From positions 113,810,406-113,862,467 of the forward strand of contig NC_068981.1 in NCBI RefSeq assembly GCF_001194135.2: 52,062 bases of DNA, given 5' to 3'. Positions 10,372 to 21,523 of the stretch are shown piece after piece. The notes beneath the pieces were generated by a model. That model made no database searches. It was not told the DNA's origin and worked only from the letters and a program-made list of their open reading frames with translations. Within the stretch, counting starts at the first letter, position 1; every line of letters begins with the position of its first letter. A program made the position numbers and the translations under genes. The DNA comes from Octopus bimaculoides. Taxonomy: Eukaryota.

Positions 10372-12770
10372 CATTATTCAGTTTATTTCAAGATTTCTTG
10401 CTAATAGAGAAGGAACCAGTTTCTAACCTAGATCCAAGGATCTTTCATTGGAATTTCAACATCAACAACAGAGTATTTTTGTATGTATGTATATATGTGC
10501 ATATCTGTATATTTTATGTATGTATTCTCATGCATATAGTTATATATCTTGACATGCTAATATGTATTTAAATGATAAACTTCTGGAAAGTTTTACTGAT
10601 ATTTACAGTTCCAGTGATGGATTGGATCTGTAGTTTTCGAATTAGCTTTCACCTTTCTGGTTTTGAGAAGCCTAATTTTTCAAGATCGGTATTTAGGCAG
10701 TGTGTTTCGTATCCCAGGGCCCCAATAATTACAAGTATAAACCTGAACTTGCAATCTGGATAGAGTAACTGCAGATTTCTCAATAGTTCAGCACAGGTGG
10801 TTCTCTTCGGCTTTATGTTAACATCCGCTGGGCAGCTAATTTCCACAACTGTGCACAGTTTGTCTTCTCTATCCCAAACCCTTATACCAGGTCTGCTGTG
10901 CTTACATTTTATTGAGGTCTTCACTGGGACATTCCACCAGTACTCCTTTTTATTGTGAGTGGCTATGGCTTCTACCATATGGTGGGTTTTTATTTCTTTT
11001 TCCTCGGGATTACCCTTCCGACGGATTTCATTATAGAATGTCCTAGCTACAACGTCATGTCTCATCGGTAGATAAACCATGATGACATTTTTGGACAACT
11101 TCTTTTGATGTGGGTGATATCTTCAGTGTGGACTCCACAAAGTCTGCATCGGTTGTCACATTTTACGGCTTTTCCCGCATCTCTATCCCTTTTGTACATC
11201 AGGTACTTGGTTGATATTTCCTGTTCCTGGATTGCAAACGCATACCCTTCAAAGTGGGAGGTAGTAATCCCGCTATTCGTCCATGATAAACTGCTTTGAT
11301 GATCGATGCTACTATCATCACGGAGCTTTCTACTAACAGTGCCATGCATAGCCTTCTGCTCATATAGACTCATCCTTTCATCTAATGTTATTTATGTTGC
11401 AGTAGGGTCATACGACTTCTTTGGGCAAGTATTCTAGATTATCAGACAGAGTGTTGTTCTTGGAGCTACCTTCCAAGTCTTATGATGATATCAGCCCCAT
11501 ATATGCAAACTTGATCAAGGGATGCACTTTGACACTTGGTGGTTAAAAGATGTTGCCAAATGGGATATGATGCGACATTGAAAAGCATTTTAGATCGGTA
11601 TTAAGCCTCTGCTCCTTTGTTTACGTTTTAGGTAGAGGCGGTCTACGTTACTGTTTTTGTGAGAATTATGTGTGCTTGTTAGTATTTTTCGGGGTTTCCC
11701 ATCAATGACTCGGATTTCATCAAGCGTCCAATCAAGCACCCAACTGTTGGTATGAGTTCTGGCACGGCAAACACACAGTGGGTCACTGTTTTATTGAATG
11801 CAGAGAGTTCTGAGGTCCTAATTTTCTTTATTCGGTTGTAATATTCTTTAGTGACACGTGTTTTGTTACAGGTGCCATTGTAAGATATATTTTCATCCAC
11901 TCACAAGATGCCTGTAACATTTCTCGTTAGATACAGGGGAAACAGTCAAATCATTGATGGAGATGTTACTAGTCTGGTTTATAGTTTTCCCCCTTTTCAC
12001 AACCATACAACAAAATTTATATTATCCAAACTCCAGCCCTACATCCTTTGAATGTTATAACTAGGTCTAGGCTCTTTTTCATCTCATGCATATTTACTGC
12101 ATAAAGTTTGAAGTCATTCATAAAGAAACTGTGTAAGTTTGGTATATCTGTTTCTTTGTGAACCAGTGAGATAACCTTCAGACTTCCTTAACATGAATGA
12201 CAAGGAGTTTACAGAAAGTATAAACAACATCATAGAGAGACTGTCCCCTTGAAATATGCGTTTGCGATATTGTATTCTATCGCCGATAATACAGTCACTC
12301 TTTGTGTTTAAGTTCAAGATGGTGGCCCACGATGAAGTCAGGTGATCTATGGCTTTGACTATTCTCACTGGAACTTTAGCAAGTTGAAGGGCTTCTAGCA
12401 TCATTGAGTTGGGAACAGAGTCAAAATCTTTCTTGTAACTTAACCACATTGAAACTAGGGTCCTCCTATGCTCTCTGGCATCACAGTTTGTTTTTAATAA
12501 TTGTTCGGCACATCCCCAAATTCCCTTCTTCCCAACTGCTTGTTCTTCTGTGATAATGTTATTGGTTTCACAATGGTCTTGGAGGAAGAGGATTAAACAT
12601 GCTGTATATATCTTATGCATTAAGTTCTGACAGGCTGGTATTTTGTTGCCATGTGGGTGGTTCTGCATTTAGGGATTAATTTTGTCTCTGCCAGAGCTAA
12701 GCAATGTAGTATGCTACTGTTCGCAATGAAAGCTTGCTGGTACAGATTGATAAGATATTGTCGGTAGAAT
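10372..12770 (-). mobile_element. 5'-truncated R4/Dong-clade (RLE) non-LTR retrotransposon, frameshifted
   Basis: RT fragments (KKDFDSVPNS, RIFQGDSLSMMLF), FEGYAFAIQEQEIST, zinc knuckle CRLCGVHTEDITHIKRSC, RLE region RPGIRVWDREDKLCTVVEISCP..VIIGALG, C-terminus KLQIQSITGTVNISKTF, and a 3' UTR ending aataaactgaataatga. Confidence 0.9.
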
Positions 12771-13684
12771 GTATGTATGTATGTATGTATGTATGTATGT
12801 ATGTATGTATGTATGTATGCACGTATGTATATATATATATATATATANNNNNNNNNNNNNNNNNNNNNNNNNNNNNNNNNNNNNNNNNNNNNNNNNNNNN
12901 NNNNNNNNNNNNNNNNNNNNNNNNNNNNNNNNNNNNNNNNNNNNNNNNNNNNNNNNNNNNNNNNNNNNNNNNNNNNNNNNNNNNNNNNNNNNNNNNNNNN
13001 NNNNNNNNNNNNNNNNNNNNNNNNNNNNNNNNNNNNNNNNNNNNNNNNNNNNNNNNNNNNNNNNNNNNNNNNNNNNNNNNNNNNNNNNNNNNNNNNNNNN
13101 NNNNNNNNNNNNNNNNNNNNNNNNNNNNNNNNNNNNNNNNNNNNNNNNNNNNNNNNNNNNNNNNNNNNNNNNNNNNNNNNNNNNNNNNNNNNNNNNNNNN
13201 NNNNNNNNNNNNNNNNNNNNNNNNNNNNNNNNNNNNNNNNNNNNNNNNNNNNNNNNNNNNNNNNNNNNNNNNNNNNNNNNNNNNNNNNNNNNNNNNNNNN
13301 NNNNNNNNNNNNNNNNNNNNNNNNNNNNNNNNNNNNNNNNNNNNNNNNNNNNNNNNNNNNNNNNNNNNNNNNNNNNNNNNNNNNNNNNNNNNNNNNNNNN
13401 NNNNNNNNNNNNNNNNNNNNNNNNNNNNNNNNNNNNNNNNNNNNNNNNNNNNNNNNNNNNNNNNNNNNNNNNNNNNNNNNNNNNNNNNNNNNNNNNNNNN
13501 NNNNNNNNNNNNNNNNNNNNNNNNNNNNNNNNNNNNNNNNNNNNNNNNNNNNNNNNNNNNNNNNNNNNNNNNNNNNNNNNNNNNNNNNNNNNNNNNNNNN
13601 NNNNNNNNNNNNNNNNNNNNNNNNNNNNNNNNNNNNNNNNNNNNNNNNNNNNNNNNNNNNNNNNNNNNNNNNNNNNNNNNNATA

Positions 13685-14096
13685 TAAACAAATGTTTGAT
13701 ATAGTTGTGCGCGTGGGTTTGTAATACGTAATAGTTGTTATTAGTGGCGGTGTTGCGGTTAGGGTGAATTAGGTCTTAGAGAGAGAGAGAGATTTAACGA
13801 GGGAGAGAGCTGGAGAGAGTGCGGTAACATTCATTATGTAATTGTGCGCGCGTTTGGTAAAATATTAGAGACAACGAAAAATATGACGTATTAAAAACTG
13901 TTTGTTAATTACCATATTAGAGTATTGTGTCATCTATATTTGTGTTTAATAGTTATGGTCAATACAAACTATGTAAACAAAGGAAAACGTAAAACGTTAT
14001 CAAATCCAATTGATAAAAGTTGTATAAAAAAACCTAAATTACTAAAGCTACAACTACGATATCAATATGTTTTGTCTTTAACTTAGTTTAATGTAT
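13685..14096 (+). repeat. Repeat A copy 3
   Basis: Same family as 3785-4264 and 5178-5606. It starts at the same consensus position (taaacaaat.tttgatatag) where copy 2 ends. Confidence 0.92.
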
Positions 14097-14449
14097 CAGA
14101 TGATAATGCACCAAATCACACAGCTAAAGTTGTTACTGAATGGCATGAGGAACATTCTAGTGAAGTTGAACATCATATCTGGCCACCACAGTCCCCAGAT
14201 CTCAATATTATTGAACATGTATGATGCATTTTATAAAAACAAGGAAGGAGTCGTCATTACTACAAGAATTGGAAACTGTTTTAGCTGAAGAATAGACAAA
14301 AATTCCTTTGCAAACAATTCAAACTTTTGTATGATTCCATACCACGTAGAAGTCAAGCTGTAATTACTGCCAAAGGCAGTCCTACCTGATATTAAAATAA
14401 ATTTGTTTGAAATTTTAAGGTGTTTCCATTATTTTGTCCAACCCCTGTA
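14097..14449 (+). mobile_element. Tc1-family DNA transposon, 3' half
   Basis: DDNAPNHTAKVVTEWHEEHSSEVEHHIWPPQSPDLNIIEH (DDE region) followed by TIR tgtttccattattttgtccaacccctgta at 14421-14449. Confidence 0.92.
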
Positions 14450-14654
14450 TGTGAAATAACGTGTACGTATAGCGATCTGATAGAGACAGCAGCCAAATTT
14501 CCCATTGGTTTATGTTTATATGTACATACATGAACCAACGTTTCTTTGTTTTCATCTCGAAATGAAAGTATGAGCCAAGCGGTGAGGGATTTCCATCTTA
14601 GCTAAACATGTTAGAGATAGCATTCTATCCTTCCCTTCTGTAAATTTTTAATCT

Positions 14655-14722
<68 letters not shown>

Positions 14723-15788
14723 CGTATGTGTCAAGGTATGTGTGTGCGGCAAGGGTTATGTAGAAAGGGTAGGCTTACAAATAAGCATAAAATCAGATAT
14801 ATAATCTAAAATGAATAGTCGAAAATAAAACATTTTTATAAGATAACTTTACTGTGCAAAGAGTTTTAATTGATATTTCATTTAGGATATCTTTTATACT
14901 ATTACCACATATTTTAAAAAACAATATTCATTTTCTTAGTGGAAATCCATTCAAAAGACTTTGGTCGGCCCAAAAGTGCCATGAAGTGAAACTTAACTCC
15001 AATCCATGTGGTTGGGAAGCGAACTTCTTGCCATACTGCCACACCATGCATACATACACACTTAGATCTCTCTCTCTTTCTCTCTGCATACAAATACTGT
15101 GGGGCTTCATGTACGTAATGCAGTGAATGAATAACTTCGGTCACTTGATTATAAAGAAAGAATTATTGCACGAAATAATATAATTGGAAAAAAAAAGAAA
15201 GAAAGAGAAAAAGCTGTATACCAGGATTTCGGATAGTGTAGACTGTGCAGATTGGGGTCGATTTGGTTGTTAAAGTTAACTAGATTTCTTTGTAGATATC
15301 CAGTTGACTATAATAAAACTCATCCTCAAATAAATACGCACAAACGCACATATACATAGAGACGAGAATGTAGTAATGCTGATTATGAATAACAACATTA
15401 TTGCTGAGGTTAAAAATAACTTTCGTAGCATATTTTGTATATCTAAAAATACACTAGTGTCTGACATATATAATATAGTGAATTGAAAAATTTGGATCAA
15501 CTGTGATTATCCAAGCTGTTTGACTAATAATGTTGATAACTCTAACAAGATCGGCTGATTGCAATACTTGGATAATACACACAATATAGGTTGGAACGGT
15601 CTCAAATGTAACTTGTAAAAGTAGCGGTATTATTATCTCTCCTCAGTGAAGCATTTTATTTTATTGTATGAGTGAATAATTTACAGAAAAACCACAATGA
15701 ATATAGTGCCACTGATTAGAAATTTCAACATTATAAATGAGAAAATAGCTCGGGTAGTATGAGGCGCATATTGGATTTTAAATATATA

Positions 15789-16100
15789 CTAGACTATCTG
15801 TGACCCGTTGGATTACTGACGGTTCAGGTTATAAAATTTTGCTTCTGATTTCAACATTGCATTGAAAGGAAAGTTAATTTTATGATGATTCAGTTAAATG
15901 TTTCAATTCGTTCGTATCACCATACCTCTGGTTTACAAGGTCATATTGATTATTTACAGCATTTTATAGAAATAAAACTTCCGGGATAAACTTAAACTCG
16001 AGTAACAGCATTTATTTATGGCATATGTGCACACTTCTACATAAATGGAAAAGAAATTGTTACATAACGTAAATATAAAACTAATAGAAACAATTATCAC
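15789..16100 (-). mobile_element. Probable Helitron 3' end
   Basis: CTAG at 15789-15792 next to the imperfect hairpin gacccgttggattactgacggttc (15802-15825), the reverse-strand layout of a Helitron terminus. The right boundary is uncertain. Confidence 0.45.
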
Positions 16101-16164
16101 AATATTATATATTCCCGTTTAAGGGCTATGTTACTTTCAGAGCATTTTCCCATTATGCGCCGTT

Positions 16165-16543
16165 TTGGCTATTTATGAAGGTACCCCCTCGATGGAATTT
16201 GCAACACCATCTGTTGAAAATGATTCTGTACTATTCCTCGCCCGCAGTAACAATTCTGTTAACTTCTGTAGTTGCTGCTGCTGCTGCTGCTCTTGTTGTT
16301 TCACTACCGCTTTCAGTAACTCTTCCATTTTTGGTGCTATTAGAAACCTCGTCGCCACTGTTATATCGCAATACTACACAGTGGTTGTGTGAGCTGCGAA
16401 TCCTCGTCGCCACTGTTATGTCTCAATACTACTGCTGTCTAGCACCTCCCGATGGTCTCTACTCAACCGCCACACAACTGCTACTCGACTGCTATTCTCT
16501 TTATTATTGGCACTACGGCCACAACATAGAGGGGTACATTACA
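16165..16543 (-). mobile_element. Ty3/Gypsy 5' fragment: ~130-bp LTR, duplicated PBS, gag start
   Basis: Minus strand TGTAA..AATAAA..ATAACA (16543-16414), then TGGCGACGAGG twice (16412-16402 and 16357-16347), then MEELLKAVVKQQEQQ..DGVANSI. Confidence 0.75.
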
Positions 16544-16603
16544 AGGACAGACAATGCAGTATAAAACTCGCAGTTTCATTTTACCGTTCTATTTATACAG
16601 TTT

Positions 16604-17610
16604 TTAATTTCCGTCTTCATCTGTTATAAGTTCGGTTACATCGTCCAACCCAATTACATTAGGCAGACTCTCGTATCGAACAAATATTTTACTCTTCGTA
16701 ATTATATCTGGGAACAACTCTTTTAATTTTTCCGCTTTGTCTTTCTCTATTAGTACTGCTCTTTGGTTTGCTTCAAACATATCTGTGCTAAACTTAACTC
16801 TCGTCAAACCTTTAATCTTCACTATTTTTTTCTCTAGTTCCATCTCAGCTGCATTCTTTTTCCCTTTCTTTTTCTTTGGGCTTTTTGGTGGAGAGTCGAC
16901 TCGAACTCTCTTTCTTTCTGCCGTTATTTCCTCCACTTTTTTCTCTTCTTCCTTTTTTGCTTCTTCCACCACTTCTTCTTCATTCGCTGTTACTTCCACC
17001 GTTTGTACTTCTCTGAGGGGACACGTTGCCTGCATGTGTCTCCTACTTTTACATTTGTAACATATTGGTAGTCTCCCCTCCACCACAACTTTCAGTCGTG
17101 TTCCGTCGGGGAGCTCCTATTCTTCTGCTATGTTGTGTATAAGTGCTTCTACACCGAAACTCCACCAGTTGATTTCTCGTGACTTTTCTACCTTTATGAC
17201 TTCCACTGCATCTTTTCTGGAGGTGCTCGTCCAATCCTCACACATGCGGCTCTTCTTCCACAATAGGTAGGTAAAAGCGCCCATCTAGCCGTTCTTAAGA
17301 GTACAGTAGAGTGATTTTTCGCCTCTTCCTCACTCGTAAAGTGCACCTCCACCGTACTGTACTTTCTACCACGTGCGTAAAATGTTGTTAATGACTTAAC
17401 TTCATTTAGGGACTACTCTATTTCTTCCGTCTCTGCTATTTCTATTTTCTTTGTTTCGACGTTAAGCGTTCTGTATATTATTATTTTATTTTCCGCTCGT
17501 TCGAAAGCTTCTTTCGGCGGTGTTACTTTTAGAACATCTCCTTCCTTCTTAAATAAATTCTTATATTTTTCTAATTTTTTCCTTTTTCACGTGTATTTCT
17601 TGCATTTGCA
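16604..17610 (-). pseudogene. Tx1/L1-type ORF1 with CCHC zinc knuckle, disrupted
   Basis: CYKCKSRRHMQATC (C-x2-C-x4-H-x4-C). Upstream STVEVHFTSEEEAKN..LLPTYCGRRAACVRIG is homologous to ATVWLLFDTPEEARN..FLPSHCGRKLIRAWV at 50.9 kb. Confidence 0.75.
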
Positions 17611-17705
17611 TTGCATTGTCAGACAAGCTTATTCTGCTTGCTGCCGCAGCAAACGTGCCTTCTTCCATACCCGACACGGACAGGAAAACAATTTTCAACG
17701 ATAAA

Positions 17706-17731
17706 TCTCTATATATAAAAATGAGAATGTG

Positions 17732-17766
<35 letters not shown>

Positions 17767-17768
17767 TG

Positions 17769-17818
<50 letters not shown>

Positions 17819-19017
17819 GTGAATCCCTAAAACTCGAGAACTACGCAACCAATTTCATTCAAATTTTACACATGCCTTACTTAGAGTTCCAGTTGTGTTT
17901 TAGTAAAAAAACATTATTAACTTCTTGCAGAGTTCGAGCACACGGCAACATAATATCTCCTCCACTATTTAAGTATTACGTGTCAAAAGTNNNNNNNNNN
18001 NNNNNNNNNNNNNNNNNNNNNNNNNNNNNNNNNNNNNNNNNNNNNNNNNNNNNNNNNNNNNNNNNNNNNNNNNNNNNNNNNNNNNNNNNNNNNNNNNNNN
18101 NNNNNNNNNNNNNNNNNNNNNNNNNNNNNNNNNNNNNNNNNNNNNNNNNNNNNNNNNNNNNNNNNNNNNNNNNNNNNNNNNNNNNNNNNNNNNNNNNNNN
18201 NNNNNNNNNNNNNNNNNNNNNNNNNNNNNNNNNNNNNNNNNNNNNNNNNNNNNNNNNNNNNNNNNNNNNNNNNNNNNNNNNNNNNNNNNNNNNNNNNNNN
18301 NNNNNNNNNNNNNNNNNNNNNNNNNNNNNNNNNNNNNNNNNNNNNNNNNNNNNNNNNNNNNNNNNNNNNNNNNNNNNNNNNNNNNNNNNNNNNNNNNNNN
18401 NNNNNNNNNNNNNNNNNNNNNNNNNNNNNNNNNNNNNNNNNNNNNNNNNNNNNNNNNNNNNNNNNNNNNNNNNNNNNNNNNNNNNNNNNNNNNNNNNNNN
18501 NNNNNNNNNNNNNNNNNNNNNNNNNNNNNNNNNNNNNNNNNNNNNNNNNNNNNNNNNNNNNNNNNNNNNNNNNNNNNNNNNNNNNNNNNNNNNNNNNNNN
18601 NNNNNNNNNNNNNNNNNNNNNNNNNNNNNNNNNNNNNNNNNNNNNNNNNNNNNNNNNNNNNNNNNNNNNNNNNNNNNNNNNNNNNNNNNNNNNNNNNNNN
18701 NNNNNNNNNNNNNNNNNNNNNNNNNNNNNNNNNNNNNNNNNNNNNNNNNNNNNNNNNNNNNNNNNNNNNNNNNNNNNNNNNNNNNNNNNNNNNNNNNNNN
18801 NNNNNNNNNNNNNNNNNNNNNNNNNNNNNNNNNNNNNNNNNNNNNNNNNNNNNNNNNNNNNNNNNNNNNNNNNNNNNNNNNNNNCTCTTGGAAGAGCCCT
18901 GCTTCTCACATGGACAACTGTATGTTGGCTGCTCAAGAGTGGGCAGCAACAAAAAACCTATTTGTATATGCTCCATAAGGGAAAACAAGGAACATAGTTT
19001 ACAATGAGGTGTTATAA
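17706..19017 (+). mobile_element. Helitron-derived element with (GTCT)n tract and RepHel helicase C-terminus (gap inside)
   Basis: 5' A|TCTCTATATATAAA start and (GTCT)n at 17732-17816. After the gap, LLEEPCFSHGQLYVGCSRVG (helicase motif VI), then after a frameshift NLFVYAP*GKTRNIVYNEVL*. Confidence 0.85.
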
Positions 19018-19136
19018 TCACAACAGCAAGAAAGTATGTACATGATCACCTTCTTTTACGAAACTTCATTGACTTTCATATATTTATATTGATATACATA
19101 TATATACGTGTGTTTGGGTGCGTGTGTGTATATACA

Positions 19137-19227
19137 TCTCTATATATAAAGATGATGCGTAGTCTAGACGGCGTTTTTAGATTTCATTATTCTCTTTAAC
19201 CCGGGCAACGCCGGGTATTTCTGCTAG
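19137..19227 (+). mobile_element. 91-bp mini-Helitron
   Basis: A|TCTCTATATATAAA start, hairpin cccgg-gcaacg-ccggg at 19200-19215, CTAG at 19224-19227 followed by T. Confidence 0.8.
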
Positions 19228-19288
19228 TATTAAATAATATGTTAACAACAAATCTTTAAACAATTTCAACAAAACGCAAATCAAACAA

Positions 19289-19385
19289 ACTCACCGCGCT
19301 GAACGCTTTCTTCAAACCAAAGTCACAACACAAACTCTGACTGCTACTCAACATACCTACCACGGCCAGACTACCTCTATTTATA
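19289..19385 (-). promoter_or_regulatory. Candidate TATA promoter with short non-coding first exon and GTGAGT donor
   Basis: Minus strand TATAAATA at 19385-19378 and a consensus donor GCG|GTGAGT about 84 nt downstream (intron start 19294), in sequence not matching any repeat in the window. No expression evidence. Confidence 0.3.
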
Positions 19386-19487
19386 TGTCTTGGGAGATCC
19401 TACTTCTTCGCCTGGGGGCGTAGACACAACATAGAGTTACGTAGAAAGTTGGTATCTCAGCTACTAGCAGTTGATATCTGCGTAATC

Positions 19488-19519
<32 letters not shown>

Positions 19520-19539
19520 TGTATGTATGTATGTATGTA

Positions 19540-19742
19540 TTTGTGCGTCTGTGTTTGCACACCCACCATCGCTTGATAGCCGATGTTGGTGTGTTTACGT
19601 CCCCGTAACTTAGCGTTTCAGCAAAAGAGACCAATAGAATGAGTATTAGGCTTACAAAGAATAAGTCCTGGGGTCGATTTGTTCGACTAAAGGTGGTACT
19701 TCTGCGTGGCTGTAGTCAAATGACTGAAAGAAGTAAAAGAAT
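19540..19742 (+). mobile_element. SINE family 1, 3' half
   Basis: ccatcgcttgatagccgatgttggtgtgtttacgtccccgtaacttagc..ggcttacaaagaataagtcctggggtcgatttgttcgactaaagg..caaatgactgaaagaagtaaaaga. Confidence 0.9.
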
Positions 19743-21523
19743 GTGACTTATTACGCCATCTACGATAAGTCTTGCTAGGTGAAAATCAACTAAAAAAGAA
19801 AGACTTACAACGAAAAAACCCTTATGATGTAAATATGTTCGTAATTCAAAAGACGATGAAATGAAAAGGGCAAGTTTGAAGGCTGTTTTGCGTAACATTA
19901 TTAATCGTACGTAAATTTCATCTGTCTAATTGGCAATACAAATGATATGTGCANNNNNNNNNNNNNNNNNNNNNNNNNNNNNNNNNNNNNNNNNNNNNNN
20001 NNNNNNNNNNNNNNNNNNNNNNNNNNNNNNNNNNNNNNNNNNNNNNNNNNNNNNNNNNNNNNNNNNNNNNNNNNNNNNNNNNNNNNNNNNNNNNNNNNNN
20101 NNNNNNNNNNNNNNNNNNNNNNNNNNNNNNNNNNNNNNNNNNNNNNNNNNNNNNNNNNNNNNNNNNNNNNNNNNNNNNNNNNNNNNNNNNNNNNNNNNNN
20201 NNNNNNNNNNNNNNNNNNNNNNNNNNNNNNNNNNNNNNNNNNNNNNNNNNNNNNNNNNNNNNNNNNNNNNNNNNNNNNNNNNNNNNNNNNNNNNNNNNNN
20301 NNNNNNNNNNNNNNNNNNNNNNNNNNNNNNNNNNNNNNNNNNNNNNNNNNNNNNNNNNNNNNNNNNNNNNNNNNNNNNNNNNNNNNNNNNNNNNNNNNNN
20401 NNNNNNNNNNNNNNNNNNNNNNNNNNNNNNNNNNNNNNNNNNNNNNNNNNNNNNNNNNNNNNNNNNNNNNNNNNNNNNNNNNNNNNNNNNNNNNNNNNNN
20501 NNNNNNNNNNNNNNNNNNNNNNNNNNNNNNNNNNNNNNNNNNNNNNNNNNNNNNNNNNNNNNNNNNNNNNNNNNNNNNNNNNNNNNNNNNNNNNNNNNNN
20601 NNNNNNNNNNNNNNNNNNNNNNNNNNNNNNNNNNNNNNNNNNNNNNNNNNNNNNNNNNNNNNNNNNNNNNNNNNNNNNNNNNNNNNNNNNNNNNNNNNNN
20701 NNNNNNNNNNNNNNNNNNNNNNNNNNNNNNNNNNNNNNNNNNNNNNNNNNNNNNNNNNNNNNNNNNNNNNNNNNNNNNNNNNNNNNNNNNNNNNNNNNNA
20801 GACGCCTTACGGGAGTCAAGAAACAAAAGGAAAATAGTGTAATAGATGCTTTTAAAAAGAAAAAAGGATTTTATCCCTTATATGTATACTGTTCAGTATC
20901 TATGCGTTGAATAAAATCTATCTTTCTACTTGTACTACCATACATTTCAGCGCTTCGAAAAACAAACTTGTTTGTTTACATACAGCGTAACTATGACTTT
21001 GTATGCATAACAGAAAGTAGGAGTTATCGTTCGTAAACATTTATAAGAGAAAGTAGAAGTTGAAAGGATTTGTAAAGGTCGTAGAAAGAGGAAATTTAGG
21101 TTTTATTAGAGGGGGGAAATGTTATTTTGCGCAGTTTAATGGATTTTATTGGTAACTGTNNNNNNNNNNATGTTATTTTGCGCAGTTTAATGGATTTTAT
21201 TGGTAACTGTGATTGATTTTGACGGAAAAAATGACGCAGTTACCTAGGTTATGGTATTTAGAATATTAATTTCGATTGTTTCATTGAAGAAATTTGGAAT
21301 TGTGTAAATGTATGAATTGGATACACATGCACACACACTAACAAACTCAGCTATATATATATAGATATAATTTCTTTTATTTGTTTCAGAGTCAATATAT
21401 AAGTCTGGGAGTAGTGTACACTTAAATACTTCCTTAATTTGAAATGTTAATTTTTAAATATTGTCAGAAGGATAGTTTAATCACGAGAGTGCACCGCCAG
21501 TTATACTTACTATCGAAATAATA

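Noticed and set aside
21120-21210. 40-bp direct repeat
   Set aside because: The two identical copies flank a 10-N gap, typical of an unmerged contig overlap.
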